Numbered from the stretch's first letter, positions 20,306 through 30,191 are shown. The stretch: 64,000 nt of DNA from Candidatus Bathyarchaeia archaeon (GCA_050010755.1 JBEKKK010000001.1:256001-320000); one strand, 5' to 3'. Translations and numbers: made by a program. The notes: generated from the sequence alone by a model not told the origin.

Positions 20306-20363
20306 AAACATCACAACAGTGTCGATTTTTCGAGCAAATCGTAAACTAGCTGTGCTCAAAAGA

Positions 20364-20371
20364 CTTATAAG
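20364..20371. promoter_or_regulatory. Palindromic TATA element (CTTATAAG) in a divergent promoter
   Basis: 8-bp perfect palindrome between the divergent M29 and nitroreductase genes. Confidence 0.45.
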
Positions 20372-20414
20372 ATTTCTGTTTTGTGATTCTAGCAGAAACT
20401 TGGAAGGATCGATT

Positions 20415-20912
20415 ATGGAAGACCGAATAATTGAAGTTATCAAGAAGCGGAGAAGTGTGCGCCGATACAAGAAAGAATCCTTTCCGATGGAAAAACTTGT
20501 CCATATTATCGAGGCGGCCCGTTGGGCACCTTCAGCCGGCAATTCGCAACCTTGGATGTTTTTGCTGATAAACGACGAAAACATGGTGAAGGCACTGAAG
20601 TCAGTGTCCCCAGGATGGTTGAGAGATGCTCCTGCAGCGATAGTAATGTGTCTCAACAGAGAAAGTGAAACGAATTGGAGTTACATGGATATCGGTGCCG
20701 CGATGCAGAACATGCTGTTGTATGCCCATTCGATGGGGTACGGATGCTGCCCGATTGGCAGTTTCGTCGTTGACGCCATTAAGGGACTCTTAGAATTGCC
20801 AACAAAGCTCGAACCGGTTTTGTTGCTGACGGTGGGCTACCCTGATGAGAAGCCGCCAGCCACAACTCGTTTGTCAACGGGCGAACTTATTTTCAAGAAG
20901 GTTGGAAACTAA
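20415..20912 (+). CDS. Nitroreductase-family flavoprotein, cyclodipeptide oxidase subunit A (AlbA)-like, copy 1
   Basis: RRSVRRY, APSAGNSQPW, VSPGW, DIGAAMQN, GCCPIGSF, LEPVLLLTVGYP; translationally coupled (TAATG) to an AlbB-like gene. Confidence 0.8.
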   Translation: MEDRIIEVIKKRRSVRRYKKESFPMEKLVHIIEAARWAPSAGNSQPWMFLLINDENMVKALKSVSPGWLRDAPAAIVMCLNRESETNWSYMDIGAAMQNMLLYAHSMGYGCCPIGSFVVDAIKGLLELPTKLEPVLLLTVGYPDEKPPATTRLSTGELIFKKVGN

Positions 20913-21211
20913 TGACGAAAAAGGCGGATGACTACCTTTTTGAGATAACCTGCTTCGTGACATCAAGTGCCGAGAGAGCTCTCGGACCCGAACGACAATA
21001 CGGAGCGTGCCGCCTCCTCCAAACGCTCTACATGCTCTCTTTCCTTCCAGACTACGTCGACGTGAAGGGAAACGAGTTGCTGGCGAAAGTCAGAGCATAT
21101 GTGGACGCAGATCCTCAGAACTTCTGGCGTGAACCTCAACTGAAACAGTTTTTCAGTGAGCTCAGTCGACAACTCGCGACAGAGATAAAGAGTCGACAAA
21201 ACTTGAAGTGA
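20912..21211 (+). CDS. Small helical protein, AlbB/DUF6092-like, copy 1
   Basis: 99 aa; YLFEITCFVTSSAE...P..YGACRLL motif shared with 38358..38684. Confidence 0.72.
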   Translation: MTKKADDYLFEITCFVTSSAERALGPERQYGACRLLQTLYMLSFLPDYVDVKGNELLAKVRAYVDADPQNFWREPQLKQFFSELSRQLATEIKSRQNLK

Positions 21212-21266
21212 TAGTACAAGTCAAGTTTTAAATACATCATTCTCTCAGAGACGCGTGGGGATAGTT

Positions 21267-21980
21267 TTGCTCAAAATACTATTCATAAACCCGATGGGCA
21301 CCGACATTTACGATAGACACATGTTGGACACGATAAACGCAGTCAAGAGAAGTGACGTGAAAGCTAAGGTAGTCCATCTGCACAAAGGTCCAGTCCACTT
21401 GGAGTATCACTACTATGAACACTTGAATCTTGACGAAACTCTAAATTGGGTGAGGCGAGCGGAAAAAGATGGTTATGACGCAGTGGTCATAGGCTGTTTC
21501 TACGACCCCGGAGTAAGGGAAGCCAGGGAACTAGTTTCCATTCCAGTTATCGTTCCTGCAGAAGCAACATTACACGTCGCCGCGACGCTCGGACACAAGT
21601 TCTCGATAATCGTGGGTAGACGAAAGTGGATTCCGAAGATGGAAAGCAACCTGTACGTTTACGGACTAGAGAGGAAGCTTGCCTCATTCCGAGCTTTAGA
21701 CTTCACCGTCCCTAAGATGTTTTCTGACCCTGAGAAGCTTGAAAAGGCTATTTTGACCGAGGCCAAGAAGGCACTGAAAGAGGACGGCGCAGAAGTCATA
21801 GTCCTTGGATGCACGATGGAGTCAGGATTTGCGAAAGATTTGACAGAAAAGCTGAAAGTGCCTGTTCTGGACGCTGTTGTGACCTCGTGGAAATATGCTG
21901 AAATGATGGCTGACTTATACCGCAAAGTGGGCTTAACGCACTCCAAACTTTACGGATACGAAGCTCCTCCCGATGCGTAG
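21267..21980 (+). CDS. Asp/Glu/hydantoin racemase family protein (copy 1)
   Basis: ILFINP, IGCFYDPG and VLGCT catalytic cysteine pair; TTG start chosen. Confidence 0.9.
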   Translation: MLKILFINPMGTDIYDRHMLDTINAVKRSDVKAKVVHLHKGPVHLEYHYYEHLNLDETLNWVRRAEKDGYDAVVIGCFYDPGVREARELVSIPVIVPAEATLHVAATLGHKFSIIVGRRKWIPKMESNLYVYGLERKLASFRALDFTVPKMFSDPEKLEKAILTEAKKALKEDGAEVIVLGCTMESGFAKDLTEKLKVPVLDAVVTSWKYAEMMADLYRKVGLTHSKLYGYEAPPDA

Positions 21981-22144
21981 CTCTTCACAGTGTGACTTGC
22001 CATAGCGTTGGAAAGGCATGTAAAAAGACAACTGAATCTGACTGAAGGAATGTTAAGAAAGTCGAAAAACCGCGAGTATGGTTGCCTGCTTTTCCAGGAA
22101 TGTCAAAATAGGTGTTTGAGTGTCCCGTTTAAAAAAGAAGAGGG

Positions 22145-22855
22145 TTAAGGCGTTCTCTTTTTCTTATAAGGATCCATGAACGCTTTTTTGCTGTTCGAGA
22201 GGTTTAATTTCACCAAGTCCTCAGCAATCTTCAGCGCAGCTAAGCCGGGATCGACAACGGGCACTTTGAGTTTTTTCTGCATTATTTCTGCTATGTTGAG
22301 TAGACTTCCGCATCCCATGACTAAGACTTCAGCTCCGTCTTCTTCTATGGCTTTTTTGCCTGCGGCAAGCAGTTCCTTGCAGAGTTCATCAAAGTCTTTC
22401 TTGATGTCAAGAACTTTCGTTTCGATTATCCTGGCTGATGCCAGCTTGTGCTTCAATCCGTAAACCGTTATCTTGTCCTCGAACAGTGATGCAGCACCGC
22501 AACCGCCAACACCTATGACTGAGAATTTCCTCCCCAAAATGGACGCTAGATGAATTGCTGGTTCGTTTATCCCAACTACGGGTATGTTTAACGCTTCTTT
22601 CATTGCTTCAAGCGCCGGATCGCCGAAACAATAGTCTATGACAGCGTCGTAACCTTCCTTCTCAGCTTTTTCGGCTTCAAGTAACGCTGGCAGAGCGGCC
22701 CAAGCTTCGTCGTAGAGTTGCTCGATGGAGTCAGGACCTCTCTTCAAGTTTACCACGGTCAGCTTAGTGTCAGGATCTTTGTATTTTTCGAACGCTTCTC
22801 TTATCATGTCAGTCCAAAGATCTGTCGTGACTGGTACGATGACTTTTATTCGCAT
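22145..22855 (-). CDS. Asp/Glu/hydantoin racemase family protein (copy 2)
   Basis: GPDSIE, YCFGDPA and VMGCG catalytic cysteine pair, PVVDP. Confidence 0.9.
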   Translation of the reverse strand: MRIKVIVPVTTDLWTDMIREAFEKYKDPDTKLTVVNLKRGPDSIEQLYDEAWAALPALLEAEKAEKEGYDAVIDYCFGDPALEAMKEALNIPVVGINEPAIHLASILGRKFSVIGVGGCGAASLFEDKITVYGLKHKLASARIIETKVLDIKKDFDELCKELLAAGKKAIEEDGAEVLVMGCGSLLNIAEIMQKKLKVPVVDPGLAALKIAEDLVKLNLSNSKKAFMDPYKKKRTP

Positions 22856-23047
22856 GTTGAAACCCTGAATTAGTGTAGATATATGAGGCGATTTAAGTCT
22901 TTCTAGCAGAGACCAAACAAGGGACAATTAACGAGCTAAAACCGATGCTAATTGATGCGTTTGATTCGGGCAATGAGCTCCAACAAGGTTACGAGAGGAA
23001 AATTCTTTTAAACTATGCAACATTATGGTATTCACAGGCGGTATCCC

Positions 23048-24094
23048 TTGACGGAGTATTACGAATATGAGTTAGGCAAGGCTGCCAAGATTCTGATTAA
23101 TGAACTTGTAAAAGTCAAGCCAGGAGAAATAATTGCAATCACAGCTGACACAGGATCGGACAGAAGAGTGGTGAACGCAACGGCTGCTGCCGCCTTCGCC
23201 GCTGGCGGACTGCCCTTAGTTATGACGATTGCATCGCCGTTAGGAGTTGGCAAGGATTCTGACGCATTGACCCCTGTAAAAGCACTAGGAGCGGCTCTGA
23301 AAGAAGCTGACGTTTGGATAGAATACAACCAGCAATGGCTGCAGTACTCAACAACATATGAGATTGCTACCAAGGGAAATAGCAGACTGAGATACCTGTG
23401 CTATGTTACAATGGATGCAGATATGATGACGAGAGTGATAGGCCGAATTGATTACGTTGCACAGAAGGCCTTTCAGATAAAGTTACACGACATGACAGAA
23501 AAGTCTAGGCATATGCGAATTACAACCCCAGCTGGCACACACGTAGAGTTTGACAACCCGCGAAAGGTGTGCATGACAAATTCGTACGGTTATGCGGACG
23601 TCCCTGGTCAGCATTTGTTGGCAGGGCAGATAGGCTGGAGGCCGGTTGTTGAATCTATCAACGGGACAATAGTCTTTGACGGATCTATAGTTCCCCCCAT
23701 CGGCTTGGTTAAAACCCCTGTGAAGCTTTCCGTTAAGGGGGGAAAGGTCGTGAAGTTCGAGGGCGGCGATGAAGCCTTGAAGTATGAGTCTTGGTTGAAA
23801 AGCTTCAAAGATCCGCTTATGTTGACCTTGGCTCACGCATGCTATGGAGTAAACCCGGGGGCGAACCTAACCGGAAACATTCTTGAGGACGAAAGAGTTT
23901 GGGCCTGTACAGAATGGGGATTAGGATACGTAGGTCCATTTTTTGCCCCACCGGACGGCATACCAGCGTCAACCCACACGGACGGAATATGCCTCAACTC
24001 TTCAGTGTGGCTCGATGAAGAACAAATTCTCGACAAAGGAAAATTCATACATCCTGAGTTAGCGAAGTTAGCCAAAAGACTCGGAAAGACGTAG
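23048..24094 (+). CDS. M29-fold metalloenzyme, NicX-like variant (paralog 2)
   Basis: YYEYELGKAA, AGQIGW, FDGS..PP, AHACYG.NPGA, LEDERVW, THTDGI; TTG start. Confidence 0.82.
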   Translation: MTEYYEYELGKAAKILINELVKVKPGEIIAITADTGSDRRVVNATAAAAFAAGGLPLVMTIASPLGVGKDSDALTPVKALGAALKEADVWIEYNQQWLQYSTTYEIATKGNSRLRYLCYVTMDADMMTRVIGRIDYVAQKAFQIKLHDMTEKSRHMRITTPAGTHVEFDNPRKVCMTNSYGYADVPGQHLLAGQIGWRPVVESINGTIVFDGSIVPPIGLVKTPVKLSVKGGKVVKFEGGDEALKYESWLKSFKDPLMLTLAHACYGVNPGANLTGNILEDERVWACTEWGLGYVGPFFAPPDGIPASTHTDGICLNSSVWLDEEQILDKGKFIHPELAKLAKRLGKT

Positions 24095-24141
24095 CCATTA
24101 TTTGCAAACAGCTAGTTTCCTGCCAGACTGGAACAGTAGTG

Positions 24142-25113
24142 CTATTTAGCCGCTAGGTGACAGGCTACCTGATGGTCTGGTTCCACGGTGACGAACGATG
24201 GTTGTTTGGTCTTGCATATTCCGGTTGCGAAGGGGCATCTGGTGTGGAAGCGGCAACCCGGTGGCGGGTTTATGGCGCTCGGAACTTCGCCTCTTGATGT
24301 TACCTCTTTGGGTTTAAGCTTCTCCTCGTCGTCCGTCAACACGGGTATTGATGAGAGTAGCATCTGCGTGTATGGATGCACAGGATTTCGGAAGAAAATC
24401 GGTGTGGGAGCAAACTCCACGATTTGTGCCAGATACATTATCGCCACCCTTGAAGACACGTTTCTCATGAGGCTCAGATCATGGGTTATGAACAAGTATG
24501 ACAAGTTGAGTTCTTGTTGCAGCTTCATGAGCACTTTCATTATTTTTGCCTGGATAGAAACGTCTAGAGCTGATGTGGGCTCATCTAGTACTATGAAAGA
24601 GGGGTTTGTTGCGATGGCCCTTGCGATAGCGACAGCCTGTCTTTCACCTCCACCCAAGTCTTTTGGTCGTCTCTCTTTGAAATCCTGAGAGGGCAACTCG
24701 ACGGCATCAAGCAGTTCAGATACTCTTTTGTCTCGTTCTTCACGAGTTTTAGCCAGCCCCTGAATTCTCAACGGTTGCCCTATTACGTCTTTGACCGTTT
24801 TTGTCGGATTCAGAGAAGAAGCAGGATCTTGGAAGACGATTGCAAGATTCTTCTTCAAACCTTTTGGACGTTTCTTGGCGTGCATGGACAAGTCGTTGCC
24901 TTTGAAGAGTATTCTTCCCGAGGTGGGCGTGTAGATGCCCATAACTACATAGCCGGTTGTGCTCTTGCCAGAACCTGATTCGCCTACTAAGCCGAAGGTT
25001 TCACCTGATTTGACTGTAAAGTTTATGTCGTCTATTGCTCTGACTACTCCGAAACTGGTTTTGAAATGTTTTGTAAGATTTTCCACTACTAGTAAATCCT
25101 CATTCTTTTCCAT
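24142..25113 (-). CDS. Peptide ABC transporter ATP-binding subunit (OppF/DppF-like)
   Basis: GESGSGKST, LGGGERQ signature, VLDEPTSALD, HPYT..L, PPGCRFHTRC...C...VAC. Confidence 0.95.
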   Translation of the reverse strand: MEKNEDLLVVENLTKHFKTSFGVVRAIDDINFTVKSGETFGLVGESGSGKSTTGYVVMGIYTPTSGRILFKGNDLSMHAKKRPKGLKKNLAIVFQDPASSLNPTKTVKDVIGQPLRIQGLAKTREERDKRVSELLDAVELPSQDFKERRPKDLGGGERQAVAIARAIATNPSFIVLDEPTSALDVSIQAKIMKVLMKLQQELNLSYLFITHDLSLMRNVSSRVAIMYLAQIVEFAPTPIFFRNPVHPYTQMLLSSIPVLTDDEEKLKPKEVTSRGEVPSAINPPPGCRFHTRCPFATGICKTKQPSFVTVEPDHQVACHLAAK

Positions 25114-25119
25114 TAGTGC

Positions 25120-26103
25120 TCATCTCTTGTTATACAACCAACAAGCAACTTTGTGGTTTTCCCCATTCACTTCCAGAAGACTGGGCCTTTCCTTTCTGCA
25201 TATCTCCATTGCATGCTGACAACGTGGATTGAACCTGCAACCGGGTGGAGGGTTAATGTAGTCTGGAATTCTTCCTGGAATACCTTCAGAAAATCCTTCC
25301 CCACTCAACTTGGGAACAGACTTAAGCAGTCCTTGCGTATAAGGATGCAGAGGGTTCGAGAACAATTTCTGTGTTTCTGAAGACTCAATCATGTTTCCCG
25401 CGTACATGACATACACTGTGTCTACTGTGTTTTTTACGGTTCCCAGTGCATGAGATATCAGGATGATTGACAGGTTTCTCTTGTCTACTAGGTCCTTCAT
25501 AAGACGCAAAACTTGGTCTTGAATTGTGACGTCAAGACTGGTGGTGGGCTCGTCAGCAATCAGAAGATCCTTCGCTGTGGCCAGCGACATTGCTATGCAA
25601 ACTCTTTGACGCATGCCACCGCTTAACTGAAAGGGGTAGCTGTCAAGCACTCTTTCAGGATCTGGAAGCGAAACTTCCTTGAGAGCTGCTATGGATTTTC
25701 CCCGAAGGATTTTTTTCGTGGCTTTTTCGTGGTCAAAGTCGCCTGAGTATTTTATTACATCTCCAAGCAGTTCTTCGATCTTGAATACCGGATTGAGGGC
25801 GGCAGTTGGATCCTGAAATATCATGGTAAGGTTTTTTCTTCTTATCTGGTTCAATTGCTTCTTGCGGATTTTCAGCATGTCCTGTCCTCGAAAACTTACT
25901 TCTCCACCCTCGATTACGGCGTTTGACGCTAGGATCCCAAGTATTGCCTTCATCGTACTGGTCTTACCGCAACCAGATTCGCCGATGATTCCGACTTTCT
26001 CGCTCTCACGCAGAGTGAAGTCTACCCCGTTTAAGACATTCAGCTTGCCCAAGTACGTTTTGAAGCCTACAAAAAGGTTTCTCACTTCCAAGAAAGGCTC
26101 CAT
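25120..26103 (-). CDS. Peptide ABC transporter ATP-binding subunit (OppD/DppD-like)
   Basis: GESGCGKT, LSGGMRQR, IADEPTT.LD, HPYTQGL, PPGCRF.PRC. Confidence 0.95.
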   Translation of the reverse strand: MEPFLEVRNLFVGFKTYLGKLNVLNGVDFTLRESEKVGIIGESGCGKTSTMKAILGILASNAVIEGGEVSFRGQDMLKIRKKQLNQIRRKNLTMIFQDPTAALNPVFKIEELLGDVIKYSGDFDHEKATKKILRGKSIAALKEVSLPDPERVLDSYPFQLSGGMRQRVCIAMSLATAKDLLIADEPTTSLDVTIQDQVLRLMKDLVDKRNLSIILISHALGTVKNTVDTVYVMYAGNMIESSETQKLFSNPLHPYTQGLLKSVPKLSGEGFSEGIPGRIPDYINPPPGCRFNPRCQHAMEICRKERPSLLEVNGENHKVACWLYNKR

Positions 26104-26988
26104 TTATCTCGTCTCCTCAACGAAAATGTCTCGAATTCCATCTCCTAAGAGATTGAAGCCCAGAATCACAACGACGATTGCCATAGCCGGGAACATGCTT
26201 ATCCACCACTGGCCGGGCAGAAAAATAGAACCACCAGCGACCATTGTACCGAGATCCGGTGTTGGAGGCTGAGCACCTAATCCCACAAAGCTCAGTGCTG
26301 AGCCTAACAGTATCACCCAGCCCACATCTAACGTGATCTTTGTCAGAATTGAGCCTAGACAGTTTGGAAGGATTTCGCTGAACATTATTCGGAAGGAGTT
26401 TTCGCCCATTACTTCGGAGGCTTGAACAAAGTATTCATTTCTCACGCTTGATGTAGCGTTGTATGTTAGCCTCGTGTACCAAGGCCACCACATCAGCGAG
26501 ACTGCCATCATCGCGTTGAATGCGCTTGGAGTGAGCACGGACGCTATCGACAAAGCCAGTACGAGCGGGGGGACAGCTATGAACACGTCTGATATTCTCA
26601 TTACCGCCATATCGACCCATCCGCCTCTGTAATACCCAGCGATCAAACCCAGAACCACCCCAGGTGGAACTACGAGCAACAACACTACCCCCGCCATCAT
26701 AAGCGAGTATTGAAACCCAAAGATAGTTCTGGTAAACACGTCCCTTCCCAGCTGATCTGTTCCAAACAGGTTTTTCGAACTAGGAGGCAGGAACCTGTCC
26801 CGAAGGTTCGTTTGCAAGCCAGCCTGGCGCGGATAAGGAGTTATAAAAGGAGCTGCTAAGGCCAGAAAAATGACCACTGCAACTACAATGAGGCCCACTA
26901 CAGACAGAGGGCTTCTGGAGAATCTGAACCATTTTCTCTTAATATCGTACCTCTTGGCGATTGTCCTGATTTTTTCCATTACTTGCAC
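26104..26988 (-). CDS. Peptide ABC transporter permease (OppC/DppC-like)
   Basis: FGTDQLGRDVF.R, LSFVGLGAQPPTPDLG, FNLLGDGIRD. Confidence 0.95.
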   Translation of the reverse strand: MQVMEKIRTIAKRYDIKRKWFRFSRSPLSVVGLIVVAVVIFLALAAPFITPYPRQAGLQTNLRDRFLPPSSKNLFGTDQLGRDVFTRTIFGFQYSLMMAGVVLLLVVPPGVVLGLIAGYYRGGWVDMAVMRISDVFIAVPPLVLALSIASVLTPSAFNAMMAVSLMWWPWYTRLTYNATSSVRNEYFVQASEVMGENSFRIMFSEILPNCLGSILTKITLDVGWVILLGSALSFVGLGAQPPTPDLGTMVAGGSIFLPGQWWISMFPAMAIVVVILGFNLLGDGIRDIFVEETR

Positions 26989-28013
26989 TATTGACCTCTC
27001 TCCATGAGTCTTATTCTCGGATCAAGATATGCGACCATAACATCGACAATTATGTTTGCAAGTGCATACATAATCCCTATAATCAAAACTAGCGCGACTA
27101 TACCGTTCAGATCTTTGTTTATCATAAAATTGAGACCAAGGTTGGCAAAGCCTGGCCAGTTAAAAATATCTTCTACAAGAAAAGCGTTGGCCATCAACGC
27201 GGCTATGTCCAATCCCATAACTGTTACTGCAGGAATCATGGATGGTTTGAGCAGATATTTAAGTGTCACAGTTCTATCAGGCAAGCCTTGAGACTTTGCC
27301 ATCGATATGTAATCCTTATCTTTGTTTTCAACCATGCCGGATCTTATTATTCTTGCATCCTGACACATTGCTCCCGTACACAATGCCGCAGCTGGCAGAA
27401 CCATGTGCCACAAAGCGTTTCCGAACACGTTAAACTTGCCAGCTATGAGAGAGTCAATCGTGACGAATCCAGTCACCGTATGTGGACCTGCGATTCCTGA
27501 TGAAAGCTCTCCAGTAGTCGGAAAAATTTTGAAATAGTAAGAAAACACGAGTTGCAGGATTATGGCCAGGACGAAGGCTGGAATTGATATTCCAATATAG
27601 GAGACCAATCTGACGAGGTTGTCAGGTGCTTTATAGGAATATCTGCCCGCTATGATGCCAAGTATAAAGGCTCCGGCTATTTGAAACAGGGCTGCCAACA
27701 CTATCAGTTCGATGCTCGCAGGAAGATACTTTACGACAAGACTCGATATGTCAACTCTTGTTGTTGTTGAATAGCCCAAGTTGAGGTGAAAGACGTCGTT
27801 AAGCCACACGAAATACTGTATGTATAGGGGCTTGTCCAATCCCAGTTGCTTTCTGAGTTGCTCCACGGCCCATGCTGGTGCATTGTTTCCTGCTGCCAAT
27901 CGCGCCGGGTCACCGGGCAGCACTCTGGCCAGAACGAAAACAAGTATCGATAGCCCAAACAAAGAAAAGACTATGTAGAAAGTTCTCCTAAGTATGAATG
28001 TCGACATCCTCAT
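26988..28013 (-). CDS. Peptide ABC transporter permease (OppB/DppB-like)
   Basis: LPGDPA, GLDKPLYIQY, FNWPG, YLDPRI. Confidence 0.95.
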   Translation of the reverse strand: MRMSTFILRRTFYIVFSLFGLSILVFVLARVLPGDPARLAAGNNAPAWAVEQLRKQLGLDKPLYIQYFVWLNDVFHLNLGYSTTTRVDISSLVVKYLPASIELIVLAALFQIAGAFILGIIAGRYSYKAPDNLVRLVSYIGISIPAFVLAIILQLVFSYYFKIFPTTGELSSGIAGPHTVTGFVTIDSLIAGKFNVFGNALWHMVLPAAALCTGAMCQDARIIRSGMVENKDKDYISMAKSQGLPDRTVTLKYLLKPSMIPAVTVMGLDIAALMANAFLVEDIFNWPGFANLGLNFMINKDLNGIVALVLIIGIMYALANIIVDVMVAYLDPRIRLMERGQ

Positions 28014-28172
28014 TGCGCATCGACACCTTTAATATCTATAAATGCTAGAGCGACTCTAAAAAGTCTTTTCGTATCAGACGAAACTTTGGCTCAAGTGAAT
28101 TGTCGAGGAGAACCTTCCATTATTGCATAGGTTGCAAAATGGTTGCTTGTTACTACGTGTCAAACATTCCTT

Positions 28173-28225
28173 TTCATCTCGACACGGCGCACAGTGCACT
28201 ATGAGATGAACATAAACCTTTAATA
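28173..28225 (+). promoter_or_regulatory. Inverted repeat plus BRE/TATA-like element upstream of the substrate-binding protein gene
   Basis: TTCATCTC (28173-28180) and GAGATGAA (28203-28210) enclose the palindrome AGTGCACT; followed by aaacctttaata. Confidence 0.35.
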
Positions 28226-28274
28226 GTACATAGGAAAAACAGTACAAAAGAAAATAAAATCTGGAGGAAGAACT

Positions 28275-30005
28275 TTGAAACGTTTTCTAAATAGTTCTGC
28301 AATTTCAAAGATGTACGCTGCAGTCATAGCCATTATCATAATCGTAGCCGCAATTATTGGTGCTGTCTACTACGTGACCCTTCCGGGCCCGAGCCCATCT
28401 CCTTCCGCATCTCCTACAGCATCGCCTTCAGCATCTCCTTCCCCGTCGTCTTCTGCCAACATCACTGCTACGAGACTTGTTAGAAGAGGAGAATCATTTC
28501 CCTGCACCATTGATCCCGCTGTTGGATCAGACTTCTGTAGCCAAGACGGACAAACCAATCTTTACGATCCTCTTGTCTGGCCACAGCCTGGAGGAGGCGT
28601 AATTCCGTGGATTGCCACAAACTGGACAATCAGCAGTGACAGTTTGAACTACACATTCACGATCAGGCAGGGTGTGAAGTTCCATGACGGCGGAAGTTTG
28701 ACGGCGAATGATGTTGCCTTTACGATGCAAAGACTGCTAACGATAGGTCAAGGGTATTCGTGGATTTACTCGAATTATATAAACCCCACCACAGGCATCA
28801 TCGTGCTCGATGACTACACGATAATGTTCCACATCAACGCCCCAGAAGGAGCTTTTCTTGATTCGCTCGTCAGGTTGTACATAGTTGAAAAGTCATTGGT
28901 GATGGCCAACCTAGCCTCTTCTGGACCGTATGGCAATTTCGCAGACTACGGCACAACATGGTTAGCAACACACGATGCAGGCTCTGGTCCTTACTACCTC
29001 ACGGCAATAAGCGTGGACTCCTATGTCTACATGAAGCAGTTCTCTGGTTACTGGAACCCGACAAGCTTTGACCCACTTGCTCCAACCGAGGTAGATTTAG
29101 TGGCCACAGCCGCCAGCTCGGCAACGGAAAAGACTTTGATGCTGAACAAGCAGTTGGAAGTTTCCGACGAGTGGCAAGGTGACTCGTTCCTTGACCCACT
29201 AAACGCAACGAGCTACATCACTATAGAGTCTCACTCAGATGCGGGGGAATACTACTACATGATGAACACTCAGAAAGCACCAACAGACGATGTGTATGTT
29301 AGGCAAGCCCTCGCGTACGCCTTCGACTATCCGACGACGTCGACCCAGATATACTCAAGGTTCGAATCGTCAATATCATGCATACCCGCGGTCCTACCTG
29401 GAGCCATAAACTGCACGCCATATTACTTCAATCTCACCATGGCTGCCGCCCTGCTCAAGCAATCTAAGTATTACCCAAACATACCAGCGATTACATTCCA
29501 AGTGATGAATGAGGTCCCAGAGAGAATGAGTGACGCTTTGCACTTCGCCGAAACGTGTGGAGAGATCAATTTGACCGTAACAGTGACCAGCGTTCCATGG
29601 GGCACCATGGCTTCGGAGATGGCTAACAATGCCACAAGTCCAAACATTGTGCCAATAGTCGTAGACCCTCTATTCCTTGACGCAGGTTCAATGCTCGCCG
29701 AGAGATTTTCGATAGCATCTGAAGGCTCGTTCGACAATGGTGTTTGGCTACACAATGCTACGCTCGATGCGGAGATAAATGCCGCTGAAAGCACTATGGA
29801 CACGACTTCTAGAATGTCACAGTATGCACACATTCAACAAGAAATAATGAGCATATGCCCTGACATCTATGTCTATGACTTCAAAGTTGTAGAGACAGTC
29901 CAAAACTACGTTTACATACCACAAATGCACAACGCATCAACAGTCATCGGCATCCAAGGTTACAACTGCGTTTTCAGAACTTGGCAAGTCAGCCCATCAT
30001 CCTGA
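28275..30005 (+). CDS. Peptide ABC transporter substrate-binding protein (family 5), N-terminal membrane anchor
   Basis: Hydrophobic N-terminal helix, P/S/A/T linker, IDPA, LYDPLV, FTIRQGVKFHDG..LTANDVAFT, GSGPY, VRQALAYAFD. Confidence 0.95.
   Translation: MKRFLNSSAISKMYAAVIAIIIIVAAIIGAVYYVTLPGPSPSPSASPTASPSASPSPSSSANITATRLVRRGESFPCTIDPAVGSDFCSQDGQTNLYDPLVWPQPGGGVIPWIATNWTISSDSLNYTFTIRQGVKFHDGGSLTANDVAFTMQRLLTIGQGYSWIYSNYINPTTGIIVLDDYTIMFHINAPEGAFLDSLVRLYIVEKSLVMANLASSGPYGNFADYGTTWLATHDAGSGPYYLTAISVDSYVYMKQFSGYWNPTSFDPLAPTEVDLVATAASSATEKTLMLNKQLEVSDEWQGDSFLDPLNATSYITIESHSDAGEYYYMMNTQKAPTDDVYVRQALAYAFDYPTTSTQIYSRFESSISCIPAVLPGAINCTPYYFNLTMAAALLKQSKYYPNIPAITFQVMNEVPERMSDALHFAETCGEINLTVTVTSVPWGTMASEMANNATSPNIVPIVVDPLFLDAGSMLAERFSIASEGSFDNGVWLHNATLDAEINAAESTMDTTSRMSQYAHIQQEIMSICPDIYVYDFKVVETVQNYVYIPQMHNASTVIGIQGYNCVFRTWQVSPSS
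28395..28442 (+). repeat. Four imperfect 12-nt tandem repeats encoding the PSPS-ASPT-ASPS-ASPS linker
   Basis: ccatctccttcc / gcatctcctaca / gcatcgccttca / gcatctccttcc. Confidence 0.85.
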
Positions 30006-30017
30006 CAAAAACGAAAC

Positions 30018-30038
30018 ACTTCCCCCCTTCTTTTTTTG
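30018..30038 (+). terminator. Pyrimidine/poly-T terminator after the SBP gene
   Basis: cacttccccccttctttttt tract just after the stop codon. Confidence 0.5.
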
Positions 30039-30191
30039 CAAGATGCATATTCCCCACTTGAAAGTTAACAACGGCAGCTTTCAGGTTCGCAACCGCATGG
30101 AAGTTCAAAACACTTTTATTTCGAACAAACCTGTTTAAGATTTGAGGGAGAAATCATAGGTTTTTCTTTCCCCAGAAGCGACGTTGGTGTC

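Noticed and set aside
20097-20656. Apparent long overlap of the 463-aa (-) and 271-aa (+) ORFs
   Set aside because: This is an artefact of longest-ORF calling. The homology-supported starts are 20305 (-) and 20415 (+), leaving a normal divergent promoter.
18008-24094. Aerobic nicotinate pathway (NicX dioxygenase plus NicE-like isomerase)
   Set aside because: No nicAB, nicC, nicD or nicF homologues are present. The racemases are hydantoin-type, and the surrounding genes (glycyl radical enzyme, Hdr, Kor) indicate an anaerobe.
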